Source: an uncultured Gammaproteobacteria bacterium (GTDB taxonomy: Bacteria; Patescibacteriota; Patescibacteriia; UBA1558; GWA2-36-10). Taken from it: a stretch of 50,368 nt of DNA. Made by a program: the position numbers and the translations under genes. The notes beneath the pieces are model-generated. The model searched no databases. It saw nothing but the letters and a program-made list of their open reading frames with translations, and was not told the DNA's origin. Below are positions 1 to 6,097 of the stretch, in pieces (the first letter of the stretch is position 1; the number at the start of each line of letters is the position of its first letter). Where the stretch lies: contig CAZHLU010000001.1 in the NCBI GenBank assembly GCA_964533435.1, positions 1-50,368 on the forward strand, in the 5' to 3' direction.

Positions 1-55
1 CCGGTTAATATTTTGTTTTTAGGCATGTTTGTTATTTAGTATTTTTATTTATTTC

Positions 56-188
56 ACCTAACAGATGAGCGTATGTGAAGATGCTTTCGCGGTGACCGTG
101 ATGTAATTTTAACATCACGGGTACAAGAAGGCAATTTACAGAAAACCAGTTCTTTTAAGATGGTTTTCTCGCATGCGTGGTGTTGCGT
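56..188. repeat. attC-like imperfect palindrome A
   Basis: Outer boxes ACCTAAC (56-62) and GTTGCGT (182-188) fit RYYYAAC/GTTRRRY. After a short unpaired spacer there is an 8-bp inner stem 70-77/170-177 with two G-T wobbles on the + strand. Internal hairpins at 95-104/112-122 and 141-148/161-168. Shares the left motif TAACAG-N3-5-AGCGTAT and right motif GGTGTTG with the other copies. Confidence 0.6.
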
Positions 189-226
189 GATGTTGTGCTT
201 CCCCTTACTTTAGGGGATTTTTGGTA

Positions 227-255
227 TTGACAAAATAGTTAAAATATGATATTAT
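227..255 (+). promoter_or_regulatory. sigma70-type promoter of G+C-rich module 1
   Basis: TTGACA (227-232), 17-nt spacer, TATTAT (250-255), TG at 247-248. AAAGGA SD-like element before the ATG at 301. Confidence 0.6.
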
Positions 256-300
256 CATATTGCCATAATGGTGTGGCGAGTACACTGAAAGGATTGGGCC

Positions 301-792
301 ATGTTGTGCATAGGACTATTCGGCACTTGCGGCAAGAGCAAGTGGCGCGCTCCCTTCATACAGCGTTACCAGTCGGAAGACATCGCCTTCTTCAACCCCC
401 AGGTCGATGACTGGAAGCCCGAATGTGCCGTCAAGGAGGCCAAGCACCTCGCCAACGACACGGTGATTCTCTTCCCCATCACCAGCGAGACCTACGCTAC
501 GGGTTCCCTGGCCGAGACTGGTTTCAGCATCCTCAATGCGATCCGTCTGGACGATCGGCGCGACTTCGTCATCCTGATCGAGCAGAATCTTGACGAAGAA
601 CTGGTCGACGAGACGGCGCGCAAGGAGAGTCTCCGGGCTCGCGCACTGGTCAAGGAGCATCTCAAGAAGCTCCGTCTGTCCAACCTATACGTCGTCGAGT
701 GCCTCGAGGAGATGCTCGAGGTCAGTATCACGCTCTACCGAGCGGCCGAGATGCGCGAACCGTTGCGCAAGTTCAATCCGCACGCCGAGTAG
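301..792 (+). CDS. nucleoside 2-deoxyribosyltransferase-like protein (G+C-rich cassette ORF)
   Basis: 163-aa ORF. IGLFGTCGKSKW...FNPQ...D...LFPI...TGSLAETGFS pattern resembles the Nuc_deoxyrib_tr / Nuc_deoxyri_tr2 fold families (from memory). G+C clearly above the flanks. Has its own promoter and terminator. Confidence 0.6.
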   Translation: MLCIGLFGTCGKSKWRAPFIQRYQSEDIAFFNPQVDDWKPECAVKEAKHLANDTVILFPITSETYATGSLAETGFSILNAIRLDDRRDFVILIEQNLDEELVDETARKESLRARALVKEHLKKLRLSNLYVVECLEEMLEVSITLYRAAEMREPLRKFNPHAE

Positions 793-828
793 TCGGCGCC
801 AGACCTGAGCAAGTCTCAAGAACTGCTT

Positions 829-862
829 GCCCGCCGCATCACGCGACGGGCTTTTCTTTTTT
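829..862 (+). terminator. rho-independent terminator of module 1
   Basis: GCCCG-c-CGC / GCG-a-CGGGC stem (829-851) followed by a T-run (852-862). The loop carries CATCACGCGAC, complementary to 182-192. Confidence 0.6.
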
Positions 863-932
863 CTCAAAAAATTACAAAACAAAAAACAATTTCTAAAAGA
901 TTGTTTATTTAATGAATAGAAAATTCGATTTT

Positions 933-1006
933 ATATAACAGCCCAGCGTATCTGAAATCCCGGGCGACCATTAACTTAATAGGCGAGGGATTTGGGCAAG
1001 CGGACT
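933..1006. repeat. attC-like element B (short/truncated copy)
   Basis: Left end ATATAACAGCCCAGCGTATCTGAAATCCC is near-identical to the left end of element D. 7-bp stem 955-961/987-993. No GGTGTTG right end. Confidence 0.45.
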
Positions 1007-1009
1007 AAA

Positions 1010-1339
1010 TTATTTTAATACAATGATAGAGATTCTCCTAATAATTGTCACTGCTGCACCCCAAGCCATTGGCGCCCATAATGGTAATCCAAAAAATGTT
1101 GGATTGGTATATTGCCAAGCGCCTTGGTATATCGTCAAGCTCTCTCCTATTGGTCCAAGTATAAAAGCAGTAAAATAATAGGACACATCTTCTTTATCGT
1201 GCCATTTTAAAAATATAAGAACTGTGATTACTATAAAAGCTATTGTTAACCAAGTATTATTATGGTAAAGGTAGGTGATAGCCACTACACAAACTGCAAA
1301 TAGTATAACTGCTAATAATAATTCTTTTATTTTATTCAT
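1010..1339 (-). CDS. small integral membrane protein, unknown function
   Basis: 109-aa ORF with 3-4 hydrophobic helices and AT-rich native-like composition. No family recognised. Confidence 0.55.
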   Translation of the reverse strand: MNKIKELLLAVILFAVCVVAITYLYHNNTWLTIAFIVITVLIFLKWHDKEDVSYYFTAFILGPIGESLTIYQGAWQYTNPTFFGLPLWAPMAWGAAVTIIRRISIIVLK

Positions 1340-1424
1340 AACTGTATTATGGAATATTTTTATTTATTCCGGACCTGTCCGCCTTTGGCGTAAACCAAAT
1401 ACGCGGTGCGAGATGTTTATAAAA

Positions 1425-1712
1425 TTATTGTTTAATTGGCTCGCACCATCCGAAGGAACTTGCGCACTCCAGGCCATTTCCTTGAAATCCATCGGGGCAG
1501 CCATCATCAGGAATAAGTTTATAGTTTCCTCGTTTCATTCTTTCTACTGAGTTTATACAACAGTCGGTCTTTTTTTCACATTGATCAGCTAATTTTTGAT
1601 AGTAATCAATAGTGATTAATTTTGCATCTTGATTATTTGAGTTAAAATAGGCGATTAATCCTATTAGTAGAATAACTGTAATTATTCCAGTTGTTAATTT
1701 TATTTTTTTCAT
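1425..1712 (-). CDS. small secreted/anchored Cys-rich protein
   Basis: 95-aa ORF. N-terminal hydrophobic signal/anchor (KLTTGIITVILLIGLIAYF) and 7 Cys in the C-terminal half. Confidence 0.5.
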   Translation of the reverse strand: MKKIKLTTGIITVILLIGLIAYFNSNNQDAKLITIDYYQKLADQCEKKTDCCINSVERMKRGNYKLIPDDGCPDGFQGNGLECASSFGWCEPIKQ

Positions 1713-1741
1713 ATGGTATTTTAATAGTTTTAATAAATTTT

Positions 1742-1950
1742 GTCTAACAGGCCAGCGTATGCTACGTTACGAGCGAGCTTTGCGGTAAAATATTTGCGGA
1801 GCAAACCGCAAAGGCGAACGAGTAATGTAGGTCTTAGCTTACACCTATCATAGGTTAAAATTAAAAGTGTCTAAGCTAATTTAAGCACTTTTAACTATAA
1901 ATTTCAAATGTAGCATTGGTGTAAGCTAAGTCGCATACGCGGTGTTGTGG
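1742..1950. repeat. attC-like imperfect palindrome C
   Basis: GTCTAAC (1742-1748) / GTTGTGG (1944-1950). Perfect 8-bp inner stem GCGTATGC/GCATACGC (1755-1762/1933-1940). Internal hairpins at 1778-1785/1806-1813 and a 15-bp stem at 1831-1845/1918-1932. Confidence 0.6.
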
Positions 1951-1968
1951 GATGTTTTGGCTTATTAC

Positions 1969-1997
1969 TTGACAAATATCTTATTATATATTATATT
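1969..1997 (+). promoter_or_regulatory. sigma70-type promoter of G+C-rich module 2
   Basis: TTGACA (1969-1974), 17 nt, TATATT (1992-1997). AAGGAGG lies 6 nt before the ATG at 2040. Confidence 0.6.
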
Positions 1998-2039
1998 AGC
2001 GATGGCAATACCGCCAAAAACTCTTTAAGGAGGTAGCCA

Positions 2040-2225
2040 ATGCTAATAGTCTTTTATGTGAAGTTTTCCGACATCGATCGCCTGCGAAAAGGTGAGGCGG
2101 TCCCTGCGATGGAAAGTCAAACAAACGATTTCTATCGCATAGAGGCCGAAGTCGAAGAAGTGAAGATCTACCAAGATCCCAACGTCAGCTCGCGTCGGTT
2201 GGTGAAGAAGCTCCATCAACGCTAG
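2040..2225 (+). CDS. hypothetical 61-aa protein (G+C-rich cassette ORF)
   Basis: ORF directly preceded by a strong SD (AAGGAGG) and a consensus promoter, and followed by a hairpin terminator. No family recognised. Confidence 0.5.
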   Translation: MLIVFYVKFSDIDRLRKGEAVPAMESQTNDFYRIEAEVEEVKIYQDPNVSSRRLVKKLHQR

Positions 2226-2264
2226 TCCGACGAGTGCGGTCGCTGACTGACAGCTCCCCACAAC

Positions 2265-2311
2265 ACCGCCTTATCGAAAGCCGCACGGCTTCGGTCGGGC
2301 GGTTTTCATTT
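2265..2311 (+). terminator. hairpin terminator of module 2 (possibly also a mini attC-like site)
   Basis: ACCGCC...GGCGGT long hairpin (2265-2303) followed by TTTTCATTTT. Immediately preceded by CCCACAACACCG (2257-2268). Confidence 0.5.
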
Positions 2312-2332
2312 TATATGCCTGCCCAAACCAAA

Positions 2333-2468
2333 ATTTAACAGGACAGCGTATCTGAAGTTCCGAAGCGAGTGGCGTGGTAAAATTGCGCGGCTTGCCAGCC
2401 GTAACTTTAGCGAAGGTTGGAGCGCACCACGCAAACGAGCGAGGGATGTAGAGGAGTGAGCGTTAAAG
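2333..2468. repeat. attC-like element D (left end plus conserved internal hairpin)
   Basis: ATTTAAC (2333-2339), then AGGACAGCGTATCTG. Stem 2372-2378/2426-2432 flanked by AGCGAG / GGTAAAAT / AACGAG...GATGTAG blocks shared with element C. TTTAAC/GTTAAA (2334-2339/2462-2467) are complementary. Confidence 0.55.
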
Positions 2469-2486
2469 AATAAAATTATTTAAAAA

Positions 2487-2990
2487 TTAAAGTTTTTTTA
2501 TTCTTTTTAATATAAACCAAGAAAAATGATTGCCATATCTTTGATGTAATGTTTTTAATTTCCAGTCATTACCAGTTATTATTTTTCTACAATATTTACT
2601 GCCACACTCACATTTTAGCTTATAGGGGTAAGTAGTGATAGTGGCATAATCAACAGTAATTTCCTCACCCTTTTTAATATTTTTTAATGCCACAAAAGTT
2701 ATTTCTCCATCTGGTCCAGCGTTTGGTTGGCAAGAGTGGTTAAAACTAACAACTAAGTTTTTGATTTCATCTTTTCTTATTGGCGCAAGAAAGAATTTAT
2801 CAGAAATTTGTACCTCAAAATCTCCGACTTCTTTGTGACAACGCATTGCTTCTTTAAAATTTACAATATGCCCCATTTTTATAAAGACCACCTCACCTTT
2901 TTTAATATTAGTTTTAGCAAATAATCCTTTTCCGCCGATTTTGCTTGTTTTAACTATTGTCTTTGGTGAGCGGTAACATTTAATTTTCAT
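2487..2990 (-). CDS. SET-domain protein (putative lysine methyltransferase)
   Basis: 167 aa. Has FNHSCQPN, EEITVDY and a post-SET CxCxxxxC (CECGSKYC), the classic SET signatures. Confidence 0.8.
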   Translation of the reverse strand: MKIKCYRSPKTIVKTSKIGGKGLFAKTNIKKGEVVFIKMGHIVNFKEAMRCHKEVGDFEVQISDKFFLAPIRKDEIKNLVVSFNHSCQPNAGPDGEITFVALKNIKKGEEITVDYATITTYPYKLKCECGSKYCRKIITGNDWKLKTLHQRYGNHFSWFILKRIKKL

Positions 2991-3014
2991 ATATTTTTAA
3001 ATAATTTTATTCTA

Positions 3015-3055
3015 GCTCGCTCCTCGGATATCCGGTGTTGGGCGAAACGTGGGTT
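3015..3055. repeat. attC-like right end (GGATATCC-GGT-GTTGGGC) plus left arm of the module 3 inverted repeat
   Basis: GCTCGCTCCTC (3015-3025) is inverted relative to GAGGAGTGAGC (2451-2461). GATATCC (3027-3033) can pair with GCGTATC (2346-2352). GTTGGGC (3037-3043) fits GTTRRRY. Positions 3035-3055 are complementary to 3428-3448. Confidence 0.5.
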
Positions 3056-3094
3056 AAATTTTTTATTTTATTAAAATATTAGTTTTTATAGTTA

Positions 3095-3123
3095 TTGACA
3101 GGTATTGTTATGTGTTGTATTAT
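3095..3123 (+). promoter_or_regulatory. sigma70-type promoter of G+C-rich module 3
   Basis: TTGACA (3095-3100), 17 nt, TATTAT (3118-3123). AAGGAGG precedes the ATG at 3154. Confidence 0.6.
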
Positions 3124-3153
3124 ATCTAGTTCCCCAAAAGGAGGTGTGTCAGC

Positions 3154-3351
3154 ATGTCACTGAAACGTCAGTTCATTCGAGGTCAGGTTGTGGTTTTCCT
3201 TCTCAGTCTGCTCGTGTGGTATCTCTTTACTCCGAGGCCGATCTTTTCAACACAAGGGGTGACGATTTTTGTGGTCAGTCTCGCAATTCTGGAGGCGATG
3301 TTTCTCATTCTGCGGGCTGATGAGCAGAGGTCAAGGACACAACCCAAATAG
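3154..3351 (+). CDS. small two-TM membrane protein (G+C-rich cassette ORF)
   Basis: 65 aa with two hydrophobic helices (VVVFLLSLLVWYLF, VTIFVVSLAILEAMFLIL) and a charged tail. Strong SD, own promoter and terminator. Confidence 0.55.
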   Translation: MSLKRQFIRGQVVVFLLSLLVWYLFTPRPIFSTQGVTIFVVSLAILEAMFLILRADEQRSRTQPK

Positions 3352-3376
3352 CATCTTCACGATGCACGATTCTCTG

Positions 3377-3415
3377 AAGGCGGTGCTGGTTAGTTCCAGT
3401 GTCGCCTTTTCTATT
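3377..3415 (+). terminator. rho-independent terminator of module 3
   Basis: AAGGCGGTGCTGG / CCAGTGTCGCCTT stem (3377-3408) followed by TTTTCTATTT. Confidence 0.6.
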
Positions 3416-3439
3416 TGTTTAAAAATGAACCCACGTTTC

Positions 3440-3493
3440 GCCTAACACTGTGTTGACGCACCTGTTGACATCATAGCCAAAATTAGCTAAAAA
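3440..3493. promoter_or_regulatory. candidate attI-like junction and recombinase promoter
   Basis: GCCTAAC (3440-3446; GTTAGGC on the minus strand), then two direct TGTTGAC repeats (3451-3457, 3463-3469). The second repeat overlaps TTGACA (3465-3470), followed by 17 nt and TAAAAA (3488-3493), upstream of the ATG at 3524. Confidence 0.4.
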
Positions 3494-3523
3494 GTAAATA
3501 ATAAACATTAATCACAAACTATT

Positions 3524-4390
3524 ATGAAAAGCGATTTTAAGGCCTTAAGAAAGCCTCAGTTTTTGGTCAATAACCATCCTTTAGACAGTCTAGCTCAAGA
3601 GCTTATAATTAGGGGATTTTCTCGGCGGACTATCCAGAGCTATTTATCTCACAATCAGCGATTTTTGGACTTTAGTGGCAAATCAGCCAGAGCCGTCGAT
3701 AGTCAGGATGTCAAAAATTATTTGCTTTATCTTAAGAGTCAAAATTATACCAACACCTCTCTCAATCAAGTTATTTCAGCTCTTAAGTTTTATTACGGAC
3801 AGATTCTAAAAAGGAAGCTGTTTTTTAGTATTCGGCGGCCTAAGAAAGAAAAGTTTTTACCAACTATTTTGACAAAATCTGAAATTATAAAAATAATAAA
3901 TTGTTCACATAACCTAAAACACAAATTACTTTTGTCTTTAATGTATGGTTCGGGCCTAAGAGTGTCAGAAGTGATTAAAATAAAAATAAATCATTTGGAT
4001 TTAGGTTCTAAAAGCTTATTAGTCAAAGATGCTAAAGGGCAAAAAGATCGTTTTACTTTATTAAGTGCTATTAGTATCAAATTATTAAATCTTTATTTAC
4101 CAAAATTGTCGAGTGAGCAAAAATATTTATTTTCTGGGCAAAATGGTATGTCTCATCTTAGTCAACGTAGCGCACAAAAAATATTTGAAATTGCTTTGCA
4201 AGAATCAAGTATAAAAAAAGATGCTACCTGCCATAGTTTGCGCCATAGTTTTGCTACTCACTTATTGGAGAGTGGAGTTGATATTCGTTATATCCAAAAA
4301 TTATTAGGCCACCAAAATATCAAAACTACAGAAATTTATACGCATGTAGCTAGAAGTTTTTTTAATAATATCAAAAGCCCACTAGACTAA
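3524..4390 (+). CDS. tyrosine recombinase, IntI/Xer-related (integron-integrase-like but without the IntI-specific insertion)
   Basis: 288 aa. Catalytic signature GLRVSE, KGQKDR, HSLRHSFATHLL, LLGHQN, EIYTHV. ALKFYYGQIL and the C-terminal IKSPLD resemble IntI1 ALLFFYGKVL and VRSPLD (from memory). The segment between DRFTLL and KYLF is short. Confidence 0.85.
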   Translation: MKSDFKALRKPQFLVNNHPLDSLAQELIIRGFSRRTIQSYLSHNQRFLDFSGKSARAVDSQDVKNYLLYLKSQNYTNTSLNQVISALKFYYGQILKRKLFFSIRRPKKEKFLPTILTKSEIIKIINCSHNLKHKLLLSLMYGSGLRVSEVIKIKINHLDLGSKSLLVKDAKGQKDRFTLLSAISIKLLNLYLPKLSSEQKYLFSGQNGMSHLSQRSAQKIFEIALQESSIKKDATCHSLRHSFATHLLESGVDIRYIQKLLGHQNIKTTEIYTHVARSFFNNIKSPLD

Positions 4391-4403
4391 AAAACAGTCC
4401 TTT

Positions 4404-4805
4404 TTAGGACTGTTTTTTAATTAATTTTTTTAAATTTTCTTTTACCCTATATTTTACTATTTTTTTGATTAAGCTTAGGGGCAGTTTTTTGTCCAAAGGA
4501 AATTGGACAGCGCCTTTACTAGTTTTGTATTTAGTTAGTTCTTTTTTAAAGGCCTTGATACCACTAGGAGTAGGGTAAAAGCCAATGTGATTTTTGTAAG
4601 CAGCAAAATGAACTAAATTACCATTTAAATAAAAAGTCGGCATTTGGTAACTAATTTTTTCTTGCGCTTGAGGGGCTGATTTTTTGATCGCCAGTCGTAA
4701 CTCAATTAATTTTGCTTGAGTATCTTTGGGAAATAATTTTAGATATTGATTTATAGTTTTGAGTTCAGTTTTTTGCACAGTAATAATTTTATTTAATCTT
4801 AGCAA
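4404..4805 (-). CDS. DUF1801 (YdhG-like) domain protein
   Basis: 133 aa. ISYQMPTFYLNGNLVHFAAYKNHIGFYP matches the DUF1801 pattern (from memory). Confidence 0.6.
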   Translation of the reverse strand: MLRLNKIITVQKTELKTINQYLKLFPKDTQAKLIELRLAIKKSAPQAQEKISYQMPTFYLNGNLVHFAAYKNHIGFYPTPSGIKAFKKELTKYKTSKGAVQFPLDKKLPLSLIKKIVKYRVKENLKKLIKKQS

Positions 4806-6006
4806 ATTTTCTTTTACCAGCTTGAATTACATCACCTGATTTTAGATTTAAATCTTGATCCCAATTCTCTACCTTGATTTGATTAAGTTTTAAGCCACCG
4901 CCTTCAATTAAACGGCGAGCTTCGGATTTGGAGTTTACTAATTTTATTTCCATTAACAAATCAACGGGATTAATTTTATTTTTGCTAATCGTAAACTCCG
5001 GCATATCGTCTGGATTTTCTTTTTTAGCAAAGACTTTGTCAAAATTTTCTTGGGCTAATTTTGCGTCTTTTTCAGAGTGGTACATTTTGACAATTTCATA
5101 AGCCAAGCGAACTTTTAGGTCGCGGGGATTGGTGCCAGCTTTCATTTGGGCTTCTAAGTCTTTTATTTCGGCTAGACTTAAATAAGTGCAGTCAATAAAG
5201 CATTGAATAATAGCTTCATCTGGTAAAGCCATAGTTTTACCAAACATATCAGTAGGATTTTCATCTAAACCAATACCAGTACCCAAACTTTTGCTCATTA
5301 ATTTTTCGCCAGTTACGGGATTTTCCAAGAGAGTAGTAGTGACCACAATCTTCTCACGATTTTGGTAAATTTTGGCTAAAGTACGACCAGCTAACATGTT
5401 AAAAGTTTGGTCAGTGCCACCAATTTCAACATCAGCTTTTAAAGCAACCGAGTCATAGCCTTGCATTAGTGGATAAAAAAATTCATGAACATATAAAGGT
5501 TTTTGTTCTTTTAGTCTTTTTTCAAAATTATCACGCTCTAACATTCTTTGGACAGTAAAGTGCGAAGCTAAATCAACCAAGTCAGCAAAATTTAATTTTT
5601 TTAGCCACTGGGAATTAAATTTAAATTCAATTGGATTTTTTTTGTCAGAAAAATTTAAAATTTTGCCAATTTGTTTTTTAAAATGTTTTAGATTTTCTTG
5701 TACTTGTTTTTCACTTAAACGTTGTCGAGCTGAGTTTTTGTCACTAGGATCGCCAATCATAGCAGTAAAATCGCCTATTAAAACAATGATTTTATGTCCT
5801 AAATCGTGCAGTCTTTTTAGGATAATATAGTTGGTAGCATGTCCCAAGTGAGCATAAGTAGCCGTAGGGTCAATACCCATATAAATTCGAAGTTGTTTAC
5901 CAGAATTTAAAAGTTTTTCCAAGGACTCTTTATTTGGATAAATGGTATCAATTGACCTAGTTAACAATTCTTGAATTTTGGCTTGATCTGTGTTAATTTT
6001 AGACAT
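4789..6006 (-). CDS. tyrS: tyrosine--tRNA ligase
   Basis: 405 aa. HLGH (HIGH motif), KLMSKSLG (KMSKS motif) and a C-terminal S4-like domain. Confidence 0.9.
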   Translation of the reverse strand: MSKINTDQAKIQELLTRSIDTIYPNKESLEKLLNSGKQLRIYMGIDPTATYAHLGHATNYIILKRLHDLGHKIIVLIGDFTAMIGDPSDKNSARQRLSEKQVQENLKHFKKQIGKILNFSDKKNPIEFKFNSQWLKKLNFADLVDLASHFTVQRMLERDNFEKRLKEQKPLYVHEFFYPLMQGYDSVALKADVEIGGTDQTFNMLAGRTLAKIYQNREKIVVTTTLLENPVTGEKLMSKSLGTGIGLDENPTDMFGKTMALPDEAIIQCFIDCTYLSLAEIKDLEAQMKAGTNPRDLKVRLAYEIVKMYHSEKDAKLAQENFDKVFAKKENPDDMPEFTISKNKINPVDLLMEIKLVNSKSEARRLIEGGGLKLNQIKVENWDQDLNLKSGDVIQAGKRKFAKIK

Positions 6007-6097
6007 ACTCTTTACAAAAATTTAAAATTTAAGCTTATTAATAGATATTCAAATTATAGCTTATTTTTGCTATAATTCAAATACTATATATATTTAC

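Noticed and set aside
1-26. Minus-strand ORF start (ATGCCTAAAAACAAAATATTAACCGG = MPKNKILT...) running off the left edge.
   Set aside because: Only 8 codons are visible, too little to call a CDS. Noted only as a hint that the array continues leftwards.
316-896. Five additional tracked ORFs overlapping or antisense to 301-792 (316-660-, 492-731-, 590-808+, 685-882-, 699-896+).
   Set aside because: Long open frames on all strands are expected in G+C-rich DNA. Only 301-792 has a promoter, an SD-like element, a terminator and a recognisable fold pattern. The others are Arg/Ser/Ala-rich with no start signals.
2265-2311. Reading the module terminators (829-862, 2265-2311) as independent mini-attC sites that define ORF-less cassettes.
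   Set aside because: This is possible: CCACAAC-ACCGCC...GGCGGT-TTT resembles R''-L''...L'-R'. However, the R' side does not fit GTTRRRY, and the hairpin plus T-run is fully explained as a terminator. Kept as an open alternative inside the integron finding rather than as a separate call.
1-3500. CRISPR array or IS/transposon interpretation of the repeats at the left end.
   Set aside because: The repeats are 70-210 bp imperfect palindromes of variable length separated by 0.3-0.8 kb gene modules, not short uniform repeats with uniform spacers. No cas or transposase genes are present, and no target-site duplications flank the inverted-repeat-bounded modules.
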